In this document: positions 1 through 14,952 of the stretch, in pieces
How the letters are laid out: every line of letters begins with the position of its first letter
Numbering within the stretch: the first letter of the stretch is position 1
Assembly: GCF_009914755.1 (NCBI RefSeq)
Contig: NC_060925.1
Reading direction: 5' to 3' (one strand)
Source of the DNA: the human T2T-CHM13v2.0 reference genome, Homo sapiens
Length of the DNA: 64,000 nucleotides
Made by a program: the position numbers and the translations under genes
The notes under the pieces: generated by a model
The model's input: the letters and a program-made list of their open reading frames with translations, nothing else
Told to the model about the DNA's origin: nothing
Database searches by the model: none

Positions 1-549
1 ATGCTTATCTTCCTCCCTTCTCTTACCCGTTCATTACATGTTATCACTCTACCTCAGCAGTTTTTCTTTCACTGCTACTACCCCGTAAAATCAGACCTCT
101 GTGGCCATTTGCTTAGATTTCCTCCATACTGTTCGGTATCATTGTCTCTTGATTTCCTCAGTCTGTTTTCTACATAACAGCCAGAGGGGGATCTAAATGT
201 GTTTTTCCTCTGTATAAAAGCTGTTGATGACTCATCTATTGACCTCAGGATAGAGCCCAGACTTTTTAGTTCTTCATGATCTGGGATTTTCTCATTTCTC
301 TGTCCTCATCTCTTGCCATTCCCCCCAACATTTTCTCACTTCCTCCACCTCTCCATCTCAGCATTCTCAGTTCCTGCCATATTAGAGTTCTCTCTCTCTC
401 TCGTGTCTGTCTCTCCTCTTCTTAGAACATCATCCATTTCTCCTGTCTTAACTCTTCCTTGTCCTTTGGGTATTAGCTTAGTTGTCTCAGTTGAGAAGCT
501 CCTCTGATACACCTTACCTCCCGCTCCTCAATTCCACGTTGGCTTATGT

Positions 550-1152
550 TCACCACCTGGAGTTAGCCAAACTGCAGGGTTCGAGAACACAGTCCTTGCA
601 TGACTTCCCTCAACTTTTGGTACCATCTACAAGTTGGGGTCTCCCAGAACCTCCCTTAGGTTCCATAATATGGTAGTAGGACTCACAGAACTCACTGAAA
701 GCTGTCATGCTAACAGTTACGGTTTGTTACGGGGAAAGGATGCAGATCAATACTACTAGCCAAAGGAAGAGATGCATAGGACAGTCTGGAAAGGTTCCAG
801 ACACGAAGCTTCTGTTGTCCTCAGGGCATATTCTCCTCATAGCATCTGTGTGTGACAGTACACATAGAATATTGTCACCTGGGGAAGCTCACCCTAACTT
901 TGGTGTCCAGAGGTTTTTGTTTTGTTTTGTTTTGCTTATTGATTTACTGCATGTCTAAGTGGTTGAACTCAGTCTCCCCTCTCACCCTATCACCACCACA
1001 AAGGTCTGATGCCAGATGTGGTGGAGAGGCCCGTCATGAATAACAGACACTCTCATCACCTTTGGGAATTCCAGAGGTTTAGAAGTGACCTCCCAGGAGC
1101 CCAGGATAAAGGCCAGACCTCTCTTTGGGCAAGGCCAAATTCTTACTGCACA
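550..1152. mobile_element. Old ERV-type LTR, MER21-like
   Basis: Contains GGACTCACAGAACTCACTGAAAGCTGTCATGCTAACAGTTACGGTTTGTTACGGGGAAAGGATGCAGAT, recalled as MER21-family consensus. Boundaries approximate. Confidence 0.55.
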
Positions 1153-1229
1153 TGCCCTTCCTGAAGTACTTGTGCATCATTAGTGCCTATCTTGTTTGCC
1201 CCTCACTGGTTGTGAACTCCGCGAGGGCA

Positions 1230-1450
1230 AATTGATGGAGTGGCTGAGAGCCAGGACCTTGGCATTGGGCTGCGTAGGTGAAACCTCAGCTCCACTGTGT
1301 ACCAGCTCTTTGACCTTGGCACAGTTTTCAGCTATTCTGCATCTGAGTTTCCTCATGTATAAAATGGTTTGTATAATAGTACTTGTCTATGAGATGTGAT
1401 TAGATCAGTGCTTGACACATAACAACCATTCACTAATGCAAGCTGCTAAG
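1230..1450 (+). mobile_element. MIR SINE
   Basis: MIR core: TGACCTTGGCACAG...CTGAGTTTCCTCATGTATAAAATGG. Confidence 0.65.
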
Positions 1451-1752
1451 ATTACTGTGTTTATTGTTATGTTTCTAGTGCCTTTTATTGAGTTAGTATA
1501 TTGGAAGTAATCAGTAAACATTTATTGCAGAAGAAATAAATGGATCTTTGCTTTATGAATGACTAGTGTTCTTCTGAGTAGCAGTCTTGTATTGTTCAAC
1601 TAGCTAAATTCCTAGACTCTGACAAAGTTAATGGACTTCTCAGATATATATCGTTGTTTCTTATTATTTGGAACTCAGTAAATACCAAAGCATGTTTGCA
1701 TTTAGATTTTTCCACTATAAAGACGTCATTTTTCTTTCCTATTTCCATGCAG

Positions 1753-1865
1753 TGGCCAGTTTGGCAAAGCCTGGTACTTTTGCTGGCAATGATGCAATTG
1801 TAGCCTTTGCAAGAAATCATCAGTTGAATGTAGTGATTCATCAACTTAATGCCCCTTTGTGGCAG
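1753..1865 (+). CDS. OTUD3: OTUD3 exon 3 (OTU deubiquitinase domain)
   Basis: AG at 1751-1752, GT at 1866, 113 bp. Encodes (V)[37 protein letters not shown], recognised OTUD3 sequence. Exons 1-2 lie upstream of the window. Confidence 0.96.
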
Positions 1866-2659
1866 GTAGGTCACCTATTTAAACATTTATCTTAAGCTCT
1901 TATTTCTAAGTCAGCTTTGGGAATATCCGAAGATGAGGGGCTTGACCTGTGAACATTGAATTATGCGGAGTAACTTGGTCTACGAGCCTAACCAAAGACA
2001 AAAATCTTGTGATGGCTCAGAAGTAATCCCTGTGCTATGTACAAATGGAGTCCGGAGTATAATTTAGAAATCTTTTAAAATGCTATAAATATTCAACAGT
2101 CAGCTAATTGGGCAGGTTGGGGACAGAGAACCTAGTGTGGAAACACAGGCTGTCACCCCCTAAAGTCAGAGTGCTGCCTGTTGCTTTGTACCTCAGCTCC
2201 TAAAGACTGAGCATGTGGTTTCTGTTAATTCCCCACCCACTCTGCCCTGCTCCACCACTCACCGCTTTCTCACTTTTTCTAATTAAAAAGTTAAAATACA
2301 GTACTTGTAGAAAAGTTAGAAAATTGAAAAAGCTCGTAAAGAGAAAAAAATTTTATTAAAAATTATATTTAAAATTTTATTCAATCACCCAGAGAGAGGT
2401 TATTGCTGTTAATGTTTTAGTGAGTATTCCTGTCATTCACACACACTTGGCTATAAAAACATTGATACATAACTGGAAAGGAACATATCACAATGTTTTT
2501 ACACACTTTTAAAACACATACACACATGTATCCATATCCACATATATACGGACACTTCTGTGTTATTAGCATAAAGGTAACAGTGCCCTTTTTTTCATAT
2601 GACACCTGCATATATTCCTTTGTAAATTGCTCAGTCATAGCCTTTGCTGATTAAAAATA

Positions 2660-2940
2660 GGTTTATAGGGATATAATTTACATGTAGCAAACTTCATCCT
2701 TTTCCAAGTATACAGTTCTATGTGTTTTGACAAACACAGTCATGTAACCACCACTACTATCAACACAGACTAGTCTACTCTCGAAAAAGTTACTTCCAGG
2801 CTCTTTGTACTTTGTAATCACTGGCCCCCTCCCCCAATACCCAGCCTCTTGTAGCCCATTCTCTGATTTGTCCTTATAGTTTTGCCTTTCCAGAATGTCA
2901 TATTAAAGAATGCAGCCTTTTGTCCCTGGCACAGTGTCCT
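2660..2940 (-). mobile_element. Old L1 (L1M) 3' fragment
   Basis: ATATAATTTACATG...TACAGTTCTATGTGTTTTGACAAA...CATGTAACCACCACTAC...TTTGCCTTTCCAGAATGTCATA is typical of antisense L1M 3' ends. Confidence 0.55.
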
Positions 2941-4922
2941 TTTAACAAAACTATGCTACAACAAAGTAAGATAGTGCAGGGATGGTGAGAAATTTTACCT
3001 TATGGGGATAGAAGGAGCAGGAGTGAAACAGTATCTGCTTGTGTTCTTTGGGGCAGTGTTGCGGATGTCCTGACATCAGGGTACCAGATAGAGCTATCAT
3101 ATTTTCCATGGGGTTCTGTTTTCCAAGGGCGATGTTTGAGCAAAAATACTGGTTACCCCTTTGTTCTATTTTTTGTCTTTAAACTTACACTGTTTTGCAG
3201 AAGTTAACAAAATCATTTGAATACACAGCATAATGACCCTCACCTTGAAGGGGAATACTCACTACCAACTCAGTAATCAGCTTGCCTTTTCCTCCATTGA
3301 TGACTTTTTTCCCAAAGTTTCTTAGTTACCTAGGTAGTTGTGGAAGACATTTCTGCATAGGTAAATTTTTTTTTGAATTTATTTCTGTAGTGTTCTCTTT
3401 CATAAATTCCTGAGCATTGAAAGTACATCTTTTTAAAATAAATTTACTAATATTTCCATTGGATCCCCCTATGTCTTCCTACCCCAGTGAAGCATCTTAT
3501 AAAATTTAAGAACTGAAACTGCATTGGTTGCTACTTTCATGGTTATGGGCTCTTTCATTAATAAAGAGTAGGCTTATACTCACACCATGGAGATATTGAA
3601 ACCTACATTTTTTTTCTGGTTATAATTGGAATATGTGCTCCTGTGAACAATCTAGATGTATGTAACATAGAATGTGAAAGTCCTCTGTAATCTGCCCGTG
3701 AAAGTCACAGTTAACAATTTGGTGAATATTCTTCCAGTTAGGTTTTCTATTCATAATATATATATATTATTATTATTAGGTATGTAAGTGCTTTAGGGAT
3801 TATGTCAAAGATTCTAATAAACTGTTTACTTTCCCATTGCTCTTCCTGGGAGACAAATGGTGCTCTCTATTTTGTATGTGTCTAAACCAGACTCTCTGCA
3901 CTTGAGATCTGCGTATTCTACTGGAAAAGCTTCCACGCTACTGACATCTAGACTTGTGTGCTTCCTGTTTGTTCCATGGTTTTTGCTTTGTCTTTAGACC
4001 ATGGATACTGTTTAAAGTAAGGGCAGTATCTTACTATGTGTGATTTTCAGTAAAAAGAATGTGCTGATGTTTTGGAGTTTAAACAAAGGAACCATTACTG
4101 GGCTTTCTAAGGGACAAAGTTAGAATGAGAGTTTCTTTGGACGTGGCGAGTTTTATTTGGGGTACGCCCAGACCTTAGGGCTTCTGTACTGCACAACTCT
4201 AGGGAGCCCCATTCTTGTGCTGTGTGTCAGGGGTGTAGTTCACATAGAATACCTTGTGGGTGGCGCCTGCAGGGTTGAGCGCTACAGGCCGTACTACTTT
4301 ATGTAATTTTGTTTTGAAGCTGACGTAGGTAGGAGATTTGGGTTTGTTGTTGATGTTTCTCATTTAGGTGGTTAATAGAAAATGCTATTTTCGTTTTAAC
4401 GAAAGGGGTGGATTTACCTTGAAGCTAATGAAACATCAGGCCACTCATTTGTAGGACTCCCTTTCTAGGTCTTGGGAGAAGTTCTACCAGTTTTATATTT
4501 ATAATTTTGCATTTTTTTTTTCCTCAAAGAGAGCCTTCAAATAGTTAGGGCTTCAAGCTCAACAAATCTGGATCTGCCCCTGGGCCTTCCCCTTGGAAGG
4601 GGCTTGTGCATTAGAGGGGCTCAGAGGTAATACAGCCTCTGAAGCTTAAGCTTATTTAACTTCATCGCAAGTCTGCCCCTGGTTTTTGAATTTCTTACAT
4701 GATTTATTTCCATGGAGTTACATATTAAATAAGCATACGGAAGCATACACGCATAGGAAGGAGGTAGTTTGGAAATTGCTTGTGACATATCCCAGGTGTG
4801 TTCCCAATTAGTGTCTCATAGACCTGCTGACTGGGCTTCCTCAGCAGTCCAGGTGGGTGTTTCTCTCCAGAAGTTGATAGTGTTCAGATCCTCACTGGCA
4901 TGGCCCCTTCTTTTGTCTACAG

Positions 4923-5045
4923 ATTCGTGGTACAGAGAAAAGCAGCGTGAGGGAGTTACACATCGCATATCGGTATGGAGAGCACTACGACAGTGTTCGG
5001 AGGATCAATGACAACTCAGAGGCACCTGCACATCTCCAGACGGAT
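4923..5045 (+). CDS. OTUD3: OTUD3 exon 4 (OTU C-terminus with catalytic His loop)
   Basis: AG at 4921-4922, GTGAGT at 5046, 123 bp. [41 protein letters not shown] includes the OTU HYDSV motif. Confidence 0.97.
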
Positions 5046-5330
5046 GTGAGTGAGGCCTCGGATTTCTCCCGTATTCCCCGCCCTACAGGAAACAGATTGA
5101 GAGCTGTATATCTGGCGCTAAAAACCAGTAATGTTTTTGTAGAAAGTTGGCATTGAGAATCTGTGGGCCTGATTTTAAAAATATTTTTTATTTCTTAGTT
5201 TAGGTGAGAGTGATAGATAAAATTGCTTATTATTATTTTGCTTTTTCTGATAGTTGATAGTTACAATTGTATGTGTATAAGATACATGGAATTTTAAAAT
5301 TATTTTTATGTTTTAAAATTAATCCACACC

Positions 5331-5631
5331 TTTTTTTTTTTTTTTAATTGGAGATGGAGTTTCGCTCTTGTTGCCCAGGCTGGAGTGCAGTGGTGCGATC
5401 TCGGCTCACCCAACCTCCGCCTCCCGGGTTCAAGCGATTCTCCTGCCTCAGCCTCCCTAGTAGCTGGGATTACAGGCATGTGCCACCATGCCCGGCTAAT
5501 TTTGTATTTTTAGTAGAGATGGGGTTTCTCCATGTTGGTCATGCTGGTCTCAAGCTCCTGACCTCAGGTGATCTGCCCACCTTGGCCTCCCAAACTGCTG
5601 GGATTACAGGGGTGAGCCACCGCACCTGGCC
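5331..5631 (-). mobile_element. AluS
   Basis: Poly-T followed by a full-length antisense Alu dimer ending CACCTGGCC. Confidence 0.92.
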
Positions 5632-5769
5632 TAACTCATGCTTCTTATCTGAAATCTGAAAACTATAGTAAAGGTAAAGAAGAAAATAAAAAGCATGTAA
5701 AGTCAACTCAGCTACCTGAATGTAAATTTTGTTACTGTTTTGGTAGATTTCCATTAATTTAATGCATTA

Positions 5770-6128
<359 letters not shown>

Positions 6129-6197
6129 TTAGCATTATTGCATAAACCTTTTTTTCCTGTTTTTACACATGATCCAAAACCATTGTTTTTTAAACAA

Positions 6198-6493
6198 TTT
6201 TATTTATTTTTTGAGATAAGGTCTCGCTCTGTTGCTCAGGCTGGAGTGCAGTGGCACCATCACGGCTCACAGCAGGCTTGTCTACGTGGACTCCAGCGAT
6301 CTTCCCACCTTGGCCTCATGAGTAACTAGGACTACAGGTGTGCGCCACCATGCTTTGTTAATTTTTTAATTTTTTGCAGAGATGAAGTTTTGCTATGTTG
6401 CCCAGGCTGCCCTCCAGCTCCTGGGCTCAAGTGATCCTCCTGCCTTGGCCTTCCAACATGTTGGGATTACAGGTGTGAGCCATGGTGCCTGGC
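6198..6493 (-). mobile_element. AluJ
   Basis: Diverged antisense Alu with the J-type CCTGGGCTCAAGTGATCCTCC. Confidence 0.88.
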
Positions 6494-6499
6494 AATTTT

Positions 6500-7580
6500 A
6501 ATTCTTGAATAGGTCATATTTGTCCATGGATTAGAATTCAAAATATGTAATGGGATATATAGTCAAAGTCACTCTCCTACCCTTGTACTTCAGCCACACT
6601 GTTTTCCCTGGATGCAATCAGTGGTATTAGTATATCATAAAATCTCCTGTGGTTTACATACCAAGCAAATATATATATAGATGTGCACATATTCCACTTT
6701 TGCCATTTTTACTCTCCCCACCACTAGTTGTAGCATCCTACACATACTACACATCCCACACATACATCCTGCACTGTGCTTTTTAAATTTAACATGTCTT
6801 GGGATTTAATTCATGGTAGTACATAAGGAACTTCCTGTATCCTTTTTAAAGGCTGCGTAGTGTTCTGTTCTGTAGATGCATTATAATATTTTTGACCAGT
6901 CACTTACTGATGGACTTTTAGGTGGTTTCTAACCCTTTGCTATTATAAGCAATGTGCAGTACCTTTTATGTACCTCATTTCACTCATGTATCTGTGGGAC
7001 ACATTCCTAGAAGGTCCTTGCCACATCAGAGGATGTTGATAAGTGAATTGTCAAATTACGTTCTAACAAGATTTCACCGGTTTAAACTCCCACCTGCAAT
7101 ATGTGGCTCTTTTCCTGCACGGTGCACTTCGTCAACATAGTGTTACCAAATTTTTAAATCCTTTTCATTGTTAGGGGAAAAATTGTTTACTTAACCTAGT
7201 TTTAATTTGCATTTCTCTTATTTATGCATCTTTTCCTGTGTTTAAGACATATTTCTATTTTTTGTAAATGGTATTCATTTTCTTTCTCCATTTTTTTCCT
7301 ATTAAGTTGTCTTAATGATTTTGGGGAGCTTTTTATGTATTAGGGAAATTAGCCTCTGTCTGTGATATGAGTTGCAAATAGTTTTTCGCACTCTGTCATT
7401 TGTCTTTTTGTTCTTTCTCCTGTGGTCTTTGCTATGAAAGAATTTTAGATTTTTACATAGTTAAATTTGTTACGATTTTCTTATATGCCCTTTGGATTTT
7501 GGGTCATAACTGGGAAAGTCTTTCCCACTCTGAGGTTAAAAAGAATTCTCCCATAGTTTAGAATAGTACTTTCATAGTTT
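6500..7580 (-). mobile_element. Old L1M fragments
   Basis: T-rich antisense L1-like motifs (ACTGATGGACTTTTAGGTGGTTTC, TTTAATTTGCATTTCTCTTA). Confidence 0.5.
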
Positions 7581-7584
7581 CACT

Positions 7585-7872
7585 TTATTTATTTATTTAT
7601 TTTTTGAGACTGGGTCTCACTCTGTCGCCCAGGCTGGAGTGCAGTGCTATGATCATGTTTCACTGCAGCCTCAACCTCCCAGGCTCAAGCGATCCTCCTG
7701 AGTAGCTGGGACCACAGCTGTGTACCACTATGCCTGGCTAATTTTTTATTTTTTGTAGAGACAGGGTCTCACTTTGTTGCCCGGGCTGGTCTCGAACTCC
7801 TGGACTCAAGCAACCCTCCTGCCTCGACCACCCAAAGTGTTGAGATTACAGATGTAAGCTACTGCACCCAGC
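7585..7872 (-). mobile_element. AluJ
   Basis: (TTTA)n tail followed by an antisense Alu body. Confidence 0.88.
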
Positions 7873-8287
7873 TCATAGTTTGACTTAAAAAAAAAATTAA
7901 ATCTTGGCTTCATCTGAAATTTATATTGAAATAAGGGTAGGAGGCTATGGATCCAACTTTATATTTCCCTTGTGATTACCTAGTTGTACCCAAACCATTG
8001 ATTAATTATACATCTTTTCTCCACTGATTTAAAATGCCACTTTCTTTCCATATACTAAATTCCCATATGTATTTGGGTCTATTCCTAGACATTTGGTTCT
8101 GGTCCACTGATCTCCCTGTTCACATGTTGATGCCTCATTGTTTTAGTTGGTATATTTTAAAATCTGGTAGGATTTTTCACTCATAATTAATTTTCTTTTT
8201 ATAAGTTTCCTTATATGTTGTCTTTTTTAAAAAAAACAAAATGAATGTTAGAATCAATGTGTCTAGTTCAAAGGAAATCCTATTGAG

Positions 8288-8593
8288 GTTTTTTTTTTTG
8301 TTTTTTTTTTTTTTTTTTTGAGACAGAGTCTTGCTCTGTTGCCCTGTTGCCCAGGCTGGAGTGCAGTGGTGCAACCTCTGCCTCCCGGGTTCAAGCGATT
8401 CTCCTGCCTCAGCCTCCCGAGTAGCTGGGATCACAGGCGCTCGCCACTACCCTTGGCTAATGTTTGTATTTTTAGTAGAGACGGGGTTTCACCGTGTTGG
8501 CCAGGCTGGTCTTGAACTCCTGACCTCAAGTGATCTGCTTAACTTGGTCTCCCAAAGTGCTGGGGTTACAGGCGTGAGCCACCGTGCCCGGCC
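8288..8593 (-). mobile_element. AluS
   Basis: Antisense Alu with TSD CCTATTGAG at 8279-8287 and 8593-8601. Confidence 0.9.
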
Positions 8594-8889
8594 CTATTGA
8601 GTTTTTTAAAATTGGAATCTCATTAAATTAATAGAGTAATTTAAGGAAAAGCTGACATCTTTTTGATGTTGAGTCTTTTATTATTTAATTGACTTTGTGA
8701 TCCACAGGAACATTTTCTTCATATAGATCTTGCCCACTTTTTGTTGAGTTTATTCTTAGGAGGTGTTTTGTGTTTTTTGTGTCTATTGTAAAGAGATCTT
8801 TTATGTTTTCTAGTTGGTTATCATTTGTCTGTGAGAGCTGTTAATAACAAGATGTTAATTACATAGGTATCCCACAGAACCCCTCTTTT

Positions 8890-10095
8890 TTTAAAAGTTA
8901 AGGCAAAATTCACATAACATAAAATTAATCATTTAAAAATATATAGTCCAGTGGTACTCAGTACATCTGCAGTGTTTGTTGTACAACCACTTCTTCTGTC
9001 TAGTCCCAAAATATTTTCATCACCCCAAAAGAAAACCTCATATCCATTAAGCAGTGACTCCCAATTCCCCCTCTCCCCTAGCAGTCACCAATCTGCCCTT
9101 CTTCTCTATGAATTTGCCTATTCTGGACATTTTATGTAAATGGAATTATATGTGACTTTTTCTTTGTGGCTTCTTTCCCTCAGTATAATGTTTTTGAGAG
9201 TCATTCATGGTGTAGCATGTATCAGTACTTCATTCTTTTTTATGGCTGAATAATATTCCATTGTTTGGAGAGATGATTTTTTGTGCACCCATTCATCTGT
9301 TAATGAGCATTTAGGTTGTTCCCACCTTTTGGCTATTGAGAATAGTGCTGCTGTGAGTATATGTGTACAGTATTTTTACAAATACCTATTTTCAGTCTTT
9401 TTGGATATACCTCGGAGTGGAATTGCTGGGTCATATGATAAACCTAAATTTAACATTTTGAGGAACTGCCAAACGGTTTTCCACAGCAGCTGCACTGTTT
9501 TACTTGCCACCGGTAATGTATGAAGGCTCTGCTTTCTCTTCATCCTCTCTGACAAATGTTTTTTTCTTAAATGGTCATCCTAGTTAGTATCTTAAAGTTT
9601 TTTTTCGAGACGGAGTCTTGCTCTGTCGCCCAGGCTGGAGTGCAGCGGCACGATCGTGGCTCACTGGCAAGCTCCGCCTCCCGGGTTCACGCCATTCTTC
9701 TGCCTCAGCCTCCCGAGTAGCTGGGACTACAGGGACCCACCGCCACGCCCAGCTAAATTTTTGTGTTTTTAGTGGAGACAGGGTTTCATCGTGTTAGCCA
9801 GGATGGTCTCGATCTCCTGACCTCGTGATCCACCCACCTCGGCCTCCCAAAGTGCTGGGATTACAGGCATGAGCCACCACGCCCGGCCAGTATCTTAAAG
9901 TTTTGAATTGCATTTTCTTAATAGCTAATGACATTGAACATCTTTTCATGTGGTTTTCGGCCATTTGTATATCTTTGGAAAAATGTCTATTCAAGTCTTT
10001 TGCCTATTTTTTAATTGGGTTCTGCCTTTTTGAGTTGTAAGAGTTTTTTAATATATTCTAGATGCTAGATTCTTACCCAGGTATATGATTTGCTG
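8890..10095 (-). mobile_element. L1MB-type 3' region, interrupted by an AluY
   Basis: AAAATTCACATAACATAAAATTAATCATTT...GGCTGAATAATATTCCATTGT...GGAATTGCTGGGTCATATG...AATTGCATTTTCTTAATAGCTAATGACATTGAACATCTTTTCATGTG. Confidence 0.8.
9598..9888 (-). mobile_element. AluY
   Basis: Y-diagnostic CAAGCTCCGCCTCCCGGGTTCACGCCATTC. TSD AGTATCTTAAAGTTT at 9586-9600 and 9889-9903. Confidence 0.92.
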
Positions 10096-10388
10096 TAATT
10101 TTTTTGGTTTGCAGTAGTTTTTTGTTGATTCTCTTGTTTCAGTTACAGAATTATATCATCTACAAAGACAGATTACTTTTTTCTTTTTAATTTTATACTT
10201 AAAATTTATTTTGGCTAAATACTTTGGCTGTTACCTCCAAAATATTGTTAAGTAATAATGGGGGGAGTGATTATTGTGTTTCTTCCTTTAGTGGGAATGA
10301 AGACATCATTCTGTGGATTTACAGTGGTTATTTAACCATATCCATACTATAAAGCCTTTGGGTGGTTTCCAGTTATTCACCACTATAA

Positions 10389-10753
<365 letters not shown>

Positions 10754-11649
10754 TGATATTATTTCCTTTGGCTAAATTTCAAAACTGTGAAACTACCGGC
10801 TCAAAGACTCCTGTAACTTTGTCAAATTCTTAGGGTTTAATTTTATAATAGAATGTTTTGTATTAACATTCTGAGGAATATACTGTACATTGCTGGAGTC
10901 CACTATATGTTTACATTCAAAAAATAGAACTGTCTTTGCCCATTTACCTATCTCCCTGCATCAATGGGAAGCAGAAGAAGAAGGTGGTTGAGCATCTACA
11001 GAGGGATGATTTTAGCTTTTCTGATTTAAGGCCCAGGTTGTAAAGGTCTCATGGATCCCAAGTGAACTGTTGTTTGTGGCTTTAGGATTTGGATTGACAA
11101 GTTTCCCTGGGTGTGGTGGTATGTACCTGAGGTTAGATGAGTCATGCTCATCCGTGACTGTCCAGCTGGGACGGGAGCTTCAGTACCTCTAAGCGTGCTG
11201 ATGATCAAATAAGGCTTGGGAACCAGAGGGAAGTTGTATGTAGGTTTCTTCAAGACCAGCACCGTTTTTGTGCAAAAGTTCACCAGGTGCGAGTATAGAG
11301 GATCGTTTTCTGTTAAGCTCACGGCTCTGAAAATCAGCTGAGGTGACTGTGTGCTGTCAGAGGCAGCAGTCATTTGCCAGTGTTGGCATTTAGACATGGG
11401 AGTGCGAATGCCTTTCTTACTGAGCAGTTATTCTGTCTTTTGGGCCTTTCTTTTCAATTCCTCTGTTGTGACTCAAAGTACAATGAGTGGATAAAATGGA
11501 GCCTAGTCATTGCTGTTCTCTTAAGGTTGTTTCTAGAAGGTTTTCCCCTATATATATGAATTTTTCCAGATTAGAGTGTCTTGTGTTAAAGATTCTGAAC
11601 ATAGTTTGATTCTCAACATAGTTCCCTGATTATTACTTGTTTCCTTTAG

Positions 11650-11781
11650 TTTCAGATGCTTCATCAAGATGAATCAAATAAAAGAGAAAAGATCAAGACA
11701 AAGGGAATGGACTCTGAAGACGACCTGAGAGATGAAGTAGAGGATGCTGTCCAGAAAGTTTGTAATGCAACTGGATGTTCA
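11650..11781 (+). CDS. OTUD3: OTUD3 exon 5
   Basis: TAG at 11647-11649, GTTAGT at 11782, 132 bp. [44 protein letters not shown]. Too short for the ORF track. Confidence 0.95.
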
Positions 11782-12273
11782 GTTAGTATTTCTGTCTTGC
11801 AGGAATGATTTAGAAGCAAGCATTGCTGTGCCTAGCTTACTTCTTAGTTTCGTAGCACCTCTCTAGCATATCAGCACCTTGTGGGCCAAAATAGGCCCAT
11901 GAGATTTGTAGTTTGATTAGTGTATGTGGCTTAATGAGAGCTGTTTATTAATTTCCCTGTTGTTTGCTAGACTTCACCCAGTACTGCTCAAAGGTCTTAG
12001 GAAGTATGTGGATTTAATTTTTCCTGACTAGTGTTTACAGTAGTACAAATGCAGTTTTATAGAGGGAATTCATTTATAAGTGTACATTAGACGGTTATTT
12101 CAAGGGACCAACCTTATTGGAAATCGACATTTTTCTAAATGGAAAAGGTCCTGAAACCTTGTGTTAATTCTCACTATTACATCTTTATGTTTATGATTAT
12201 TGAAGTAGAGCTAGGCAGAAAAATATACCCAGAGTTTTGAAGTGGTTTTTTTGTTTGTTTGTTTCTTGGATAG

Positions 12274-12370
12274 GATTTTAATTTAATAGTCCAGAACCTG
12301 GAAGCTGAAAATTATAATATTGAATCTGCAATAATTGCCGTGCTTCGGATGAACCAAGGGAAGAGAAATA
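12274..12370 (+). CDS. OTUD3: OTUD3 exon 6 (UBA-like domain)
   Basis: TAG at 12271-12273, GTAAGT at 12371, 97 bp. [32 protein letters not shown]. Confidence 0.95.
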
Positions 12371-12843
12371 GTAAGTCCATGACTAATATTTATAGATCTT
12401 CAAAATGGTTGTGTTGGTAATTTTCCAAATATTTATTTTTTAACCAAGTCACAGGTGGTAACTGTTCTGTCATTCATTTAGGAGTTGTTTATTGAGCACG
12501 TTCTGTACGTAGACATTTTTTACTAGGTCCTGTCTCTGCTTCAGGGGGAGTATAGTTCAGGGGTAGAGGGTGGATAGTGGAGACAGATAAACTGGTGCGA
12601 TAGTACATAATGGGGTTGGGAGTACAGGGTGCTGGGGGACGCATCAGGGAAGAATTAGCCTGTTTAGAAATAAGATGGCCTTAGAAGACCAAAATGATAA
12701 CCAAAATAAAATGGAGAGAGAAATACCTTGTTTTTCTGGTGGAAATATTTAGATTTGTATTAGCTTGTGATAATTTTGATTTTTTTTTTTTAATTTGAAC
12801 CAAGTATAATTTTGTGACTCAGAGGAAAGAAAAGAGATGTAAC

Positions 12844-13161
<318 letters not shown>

Positions 13162-13347
13162 TCAAGTCATTTATTTAAAATGATATCAATAAATACTGAT
13201 TGCCAGATGTTACGTGTCAGATACTGTTTCTGGCATCATAGTGCTCCATGTGATGAGGTATTTTATTATCCACTATGTATTGGCTGTACTTTTAGAAATC
13301 TGTAAGTAACTTGGTCTTTGTGACTTTAAACAGCACCCTCCAGTGAT

Positions 13348-13481
13348 CTGTGCTGTTCAGTATAGTGTGTACCTGCCACATGAGCAATGAGACTGGAGAG
13401 CTACGTTTTAAATGTTGTTTAATTTTAATTTAAATGTAAATGGCCACATATAGCTGGTGGCTAATACATTGGACAGCACAG
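13348..13481. mobile_element. MER3/MER33-type hAT MITE
   Basis: Terminal inverted repeats CTGTGCTGTTCA...TGGACAGCACAG, with internal GCCACAT...GGTGGCTA. Confidence 0.65.
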
Positions 13482-13814
13482 CTTTAGAGCCTGTTTCTTT
13501 TCTGGGTTTTGGGTGCAAATGAAAGATTTTCCCATAAAAATTCATGTTAAGACATAATTTATCTAAAAAGCACTCTGCTGGTTGGAAGCTGATCAAAAGG
13601 CTGGTCAGTGGGTTATTTTAGAATTTATCTTCCAACTTTTACCAACTTTTTCTTCCTATGTTTCCCACTGTCTTGACATTCGAATTTGTCTCAAGGAAAC
13701 TTACTTCCCTTATGACTGAAGTAGGGACCCAGGTAATTTTGGAATCATTAATACAGTCATCACCCTGTGTAACTCTCAGGTTCTCAGTTTTAATGAAATG
13801 TCTTTCTTTGGAAG

Positions 13815-13999
13815 ATGCAGAAGAGAATCTTGAGCCCAGTGGTCGAGTGCTGAAGCAGTGTGGCCCTTTGTGGGAGGAGGGTGGCAGTGGTGCCAGAATC
13901 TTTGGAAATCAGGGCTTAAATGAAGGCAGGACCGAAAACAATAAGGCACAGGCCAGCCCTAGTGAAGAAAACAAAGCAAATAAAAACCAGCTCGCAAAG
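13815..13999 (+). CDS. OTUD3: OTUD3 exon 7
   Basis: AAG at 13812-13814, GTATGT at 14000, 185 bp. (N)[33 protein letters not shown]...KNQLAK. Phase is consistent with exons 6 and 8. Confidence 0.95.
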
Positions 14000-14952
14000 G
14001 TATGTAAGATGGGGTTGAATGGGCAGGTGGTGGGCAGGTGTAATTCTGTGGCAGTGGTGGTAGCTTGAGATTAATTTTATTTGTATTTTCCTTCTGATTT
14101 ATAAAAGTAGTGTGGAAAATCTGGGGAATGCATAAAGCTACATCAAGAAGCAGAATGACCTCACTTATCCTGTTTGGTGTATGCCGTGACAGTTGGAAGG
14201 AAATACACCCTGAAATTGTCCTCAGTGTACAAATGAAAAGCCTCCTTTTCCCACCTAACATTACTGTACATGTGGGCTCTTCCCATGTTTATCCGTGTTT
14301 TTTATAAATGCCATGATCTGCAATGAACACCTTTGTGTATAAATCTTTGGTTTTTGCATTATTTTCTTGAATAAAGTCCCAGAAGAGGAATGAACAGGTT
14401 AAAGGTCATGGATACATGAATCTTTTAAAGGCTTTTGGTAAATTGTCACGTGCTTCCCAGAAAGGTACATCTCCCTCCCTGCCCTTCACTCCCACAAGTA
14501 GTATGTGACATCTTCCATTTTACTGAATTTGGAATCATTTTAAAGATTTTCACCAAGAAGTTCTGAGCTCAAAATGCCACAGTGTAAAAAGCCACAGCAG
14601 AGGCAGAGATGCAATAAGCTTCTGAGGATTTTGTCAGAATTACCTGGGGCATTAAATTATGTGGGGAAAAATGTTCTCTGACACGTTTGTTTGTTACCAA
14701 CTCTTGCTGGATGAGGGCTGGTTTCTTTAAGAGAAGAATGGAATTGATTTTGTTTGCTAGTTCAGCAAGGAAATATAAATTTAAATGCAAATTTGAGCAG
14801 CAGTGGACAGTAAATCATCTTTGGCGTCTTAGATTGGTTTTCCCTGTTCCTGCTGAAAAGCAATCTGTGCCCTTTGCCACCATCTCCCTTCTAGCAGGTG
14901 GCAGCTTGAGTCCCCCGTGCTTCCTACTCACCACCATGGCCTTCTCTCTCAG